Origin: an uncultured Chloroflexia bacterium
Lineage (GTDB): Bacteria > Chloroflexota > Chloroflexia > QHBQ01 > JADMIH01
Assembly: GCA_963797095.1 (NCBI GenBank)
Contig: CAWCNY010000001.1
Span: 1 to 64,000 of the forward strand
Length of the DNA stretch: 64,000 bases
Reading direction: 5' to 3'
Shown: positions 62,252-64,000 of the stretch, piece after piece
How the letters are laid out: every line of letters starts with the position of its first letter
How positions within the stretch are numbered: position 1 is the stretch's first letter
Translations under genes and position numbers: made by a program
The notes under the pieces: generated by a model
What the model saw: the letters and a program-made list of their open reading frames with translations, nothing else
Told to the model about the DNA's origin: nothing
Database searches by the model: none

Positions 62252-63946
62252 TCATCCTCCTTGAAGCAGTTGCTCATAACGACGTAAGTCGATGGGCTGG
62301 CTGCCGATTTTGCCAATGGCTTGCAGGTGTGGGTGATCGGCCAGCCCTACCAGATCAAGACCTGCAAGCATGGTCAGCTCTGTTTCAGGCGTGGTGAGTT
62401 GCCTCAAACAATGGGTAACTCCATCAAAATGAACACACCCATACGAAAGAGCCTGCCCAACTGCTCGCTCCACAAGCACAGCGGGATAATCCTGATGAAG
62501 TTGCAAGATGCGGACAAACTCCTTCACTCCTCTGCCTTCCGGCCACTTCTCCCGTAACAGTTCCAACGCCTTCTCATATGTAGGTGGCCATTTGGCTCGC
62601 CACCGGCGCAATGGTTTGGCATAATCGAATGCCCCTGGCCGCTGAGCGAGCAAAGGCAGGTAATGCAGTGGCTCGAAGATATCCTGCTCTCGCTCGTAGC
62701 AGCGGGGATGACGGGCAAGCAATCCTGGTAGGCCGGAGCGGCCGGGCTGGTCATGCGATTGATTACGTGGCTGGCCATCGTTGGGATTGGGGTTGGGATT
62801 GGGGTCGAATATGTCCACATGGAAAGGGTAAGCCTTGACGATCACTTCTCGCCTTGCTCTCTCGACGGGCACCGAGTAGCGATTGGTCTCAAAGATCACC
62901 TGGCTGTATGGAGTGAGATGTGCCGTGCTCGTCACGCAACATTCATATTGGTAGGAAGGTAGAGGACGCAGATGAGGTAGCTCCTGCTCCCAGGCTTCTT
63001 TGATGGTGGTGGGTTGGCGCGCAACCCGGCGCTGATCATCTCGCAGGCACTCGCTCAGAAGAAAGATGTTCAATGCTTCAAATGAGGCCACATCTGGGAT
63101 AGGTACCAGGAAGTTGCGGCGGCTAAACCCTACGCTGTGTTCAACACCTCCCTTCTCATGCCCTTGTCCAGGCGTGCAGAAGTGGCTCTCGAACAGGTAA
63201 TGACTACGAAAGGCTACGAATGCTCTCTGCTCTCGTCGTACTCGTCCTTCGATCAGGAGGCGCACCGAGCTGAAAGAGGCAACCGGATCCACCGCCGAGG
63301 CCAGGTTGTCGTAGCTGATACGTTGGGGAACTCCACCAAAGTGCTGGAAAGCTGCCACATGACCGGCAAAGAAGGCTTCTTGTTTCTGCGAGGGGTAGGC
63401 CATCACGAAGGATCGCCTTGAGTAGTTCAGACGCATGATGAACAACTGCACGGTTTGGCGCTCGCCACCGATGACGGCAACAGCTTCACCCCAGTCAACC
63501 TGGGCGTCCTTCCCAGGCTCGAACTCTAGTGGTATGAACAGGGGTGGTGCGTGATGGGCTTTGCGATATCTGCTCACGTGCAATCGCACGCGAGACTCGC
63601 TACCCTGGTAGCCTTCCTTGACCAAAAGTTCAAAGATCTTGCGAGCGGTGTAGCGTTGTTTGCGTGGGAGACGGTCGTTTTGCTGTAGGAGTTCGTCGAC
63701 ACGGGTCTGGAAAGAGCCGAACACCGGAGCGGGTCTAGGTTTGGTGCGCCGGTAAGTTGGGTAAGGGTACGGTTGGTAGAATTGGGACTGGGATGGGTCC
63801 TGAGCCTGGGCTTGGGCTTGGGCAATGGCTTTGTCAACAGTCTTGCGGGAGTGCCTTTGTTCTCGTGCGATCTGCCTGACACTCTTGTGTTCGAGGTAGA
63901 AGGCGCGGCGGATGGCTTCGTGTTGTTCCACGGTAATCATCTCCAC
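62252..63946 (-). CDS. istA: IS21 transposase
   Basis: PGKDAQVDWG, FGGVP..YDN, HEKGGVE, NRYSVP. Confidence 0.93.
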   Translation of the reverse strand: MEMITVEQHEAIRRAFYLEHKSVRQIAREQRHSRKTVDKAIAQAQAQAQDPSQSQFYQPYPYPTYRRTKPRPAPVFGSFQTRVDELLQQNDRLPRKQRYTARKIFELLVKEGYQGSESRVRLHVSRYRKAHHAPPLFIPLEFEPGKDAQVDWGEAVAVIGGERQTVQLFIMRLNYSRRSFVMAYPSQKQEAFFAGHVAAFQHFGGVPQRISYDNLASAVDPVASFSSVRLLIEGRVRREQRAFVAFRSHYLFESHFCTPGQGHEKGGVEHSVGFSRRNFLVPIPDVASFEALNIFLLSECLRDDQRRVARQPTTIKEAWEQELPHLRPLPSYQYECCVTSTAHLTPYSQVIFETNRYSVPVERARREVIVKAYPFHVDIFDPNPNPNPNDGQPRNQSHDQPGRSGLPGLLARHPRCYEREQDIFEPLHYLPLLAQRPGAFDYAKPLRRWRAKWPPTYEKALELLREKWPEGRGVKEFVRILQLHQDYPAVLVERAVGQALSYGCVHFDGVTHCLRQLTTPETELTMLAGLDLVGLADHPHLQAIGKIGSQPIDLRRYEQLLQGG

Positions 63947-64000
63947 CTCTCTTTGCTATCGTATCGTTTGCGGTCTAACGGTCTAGCCGAGTAACCGAAA

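Larger units (their letters stand above)
60016..64000 (-). mobile_element. IS21-family element with passenger genes; left end lies beyond the window
   Basis: End begins TGT at 60016 with four AAAAGGG(A/G)GCCA repeats up to 60133; contains istA and istB. Confidence 0.8.

Noticed and set aside
366-63994. Many long antisense and alternate-frame ORFs in the supplied track (e.g. 1063-1893, 9749-10669, 18884-19786, 43292-44305)
   Set aside because: Shadow ORFs expected from GC-rich codon bias; they overlap well-supported genes and lack motifs

Overview
GC-rich chromosomal window, probably from a Chloroflexota (Chloroflexia-like) bacterium. The taxon is inferred from the Cys-bridged 'GYxCGGPGEPC' SLH proteins, 'QYFE(K/R)xR' surface domains and heptamer tandem repeats. 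Ordinary genes include a split NAD synthetase locus, a coxS/coxL-like molybdoenzyme, three SLH surface proteins, ABC and ABC-F genes, a XRE-NB-ARC-TPR regulator and a PIG-L plus decarboxylase pair. Two mobile-element nests stand out. (1) At 28.1-34.5 kb an IS3 element carries a group IIB intron, whose RT gene carries a second, IIA-like group II intron. Removing each intron restores the host reading frame exactly. (2) At 57.2-64 kb lie an ISL3-type MITE with an 8-bp target duplication, an IS6 fragment interrupted by an ORF-less group II intron, rve-integrase fragments and an IS21 element with two passenger genes. Also present are a decayed IS605/TnpB, a pervasive short tandem micro-duplication signature, candidate uORF attenuators upstream of the ABC and ABC-F genes, a ~200-aa domain repeated in three different protein architectures, a duplicated promoter motif and small unannotated ORFs. 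No CRISPR array, tRNA or rRNA was seen. All calls were made by eye; no database search was run.
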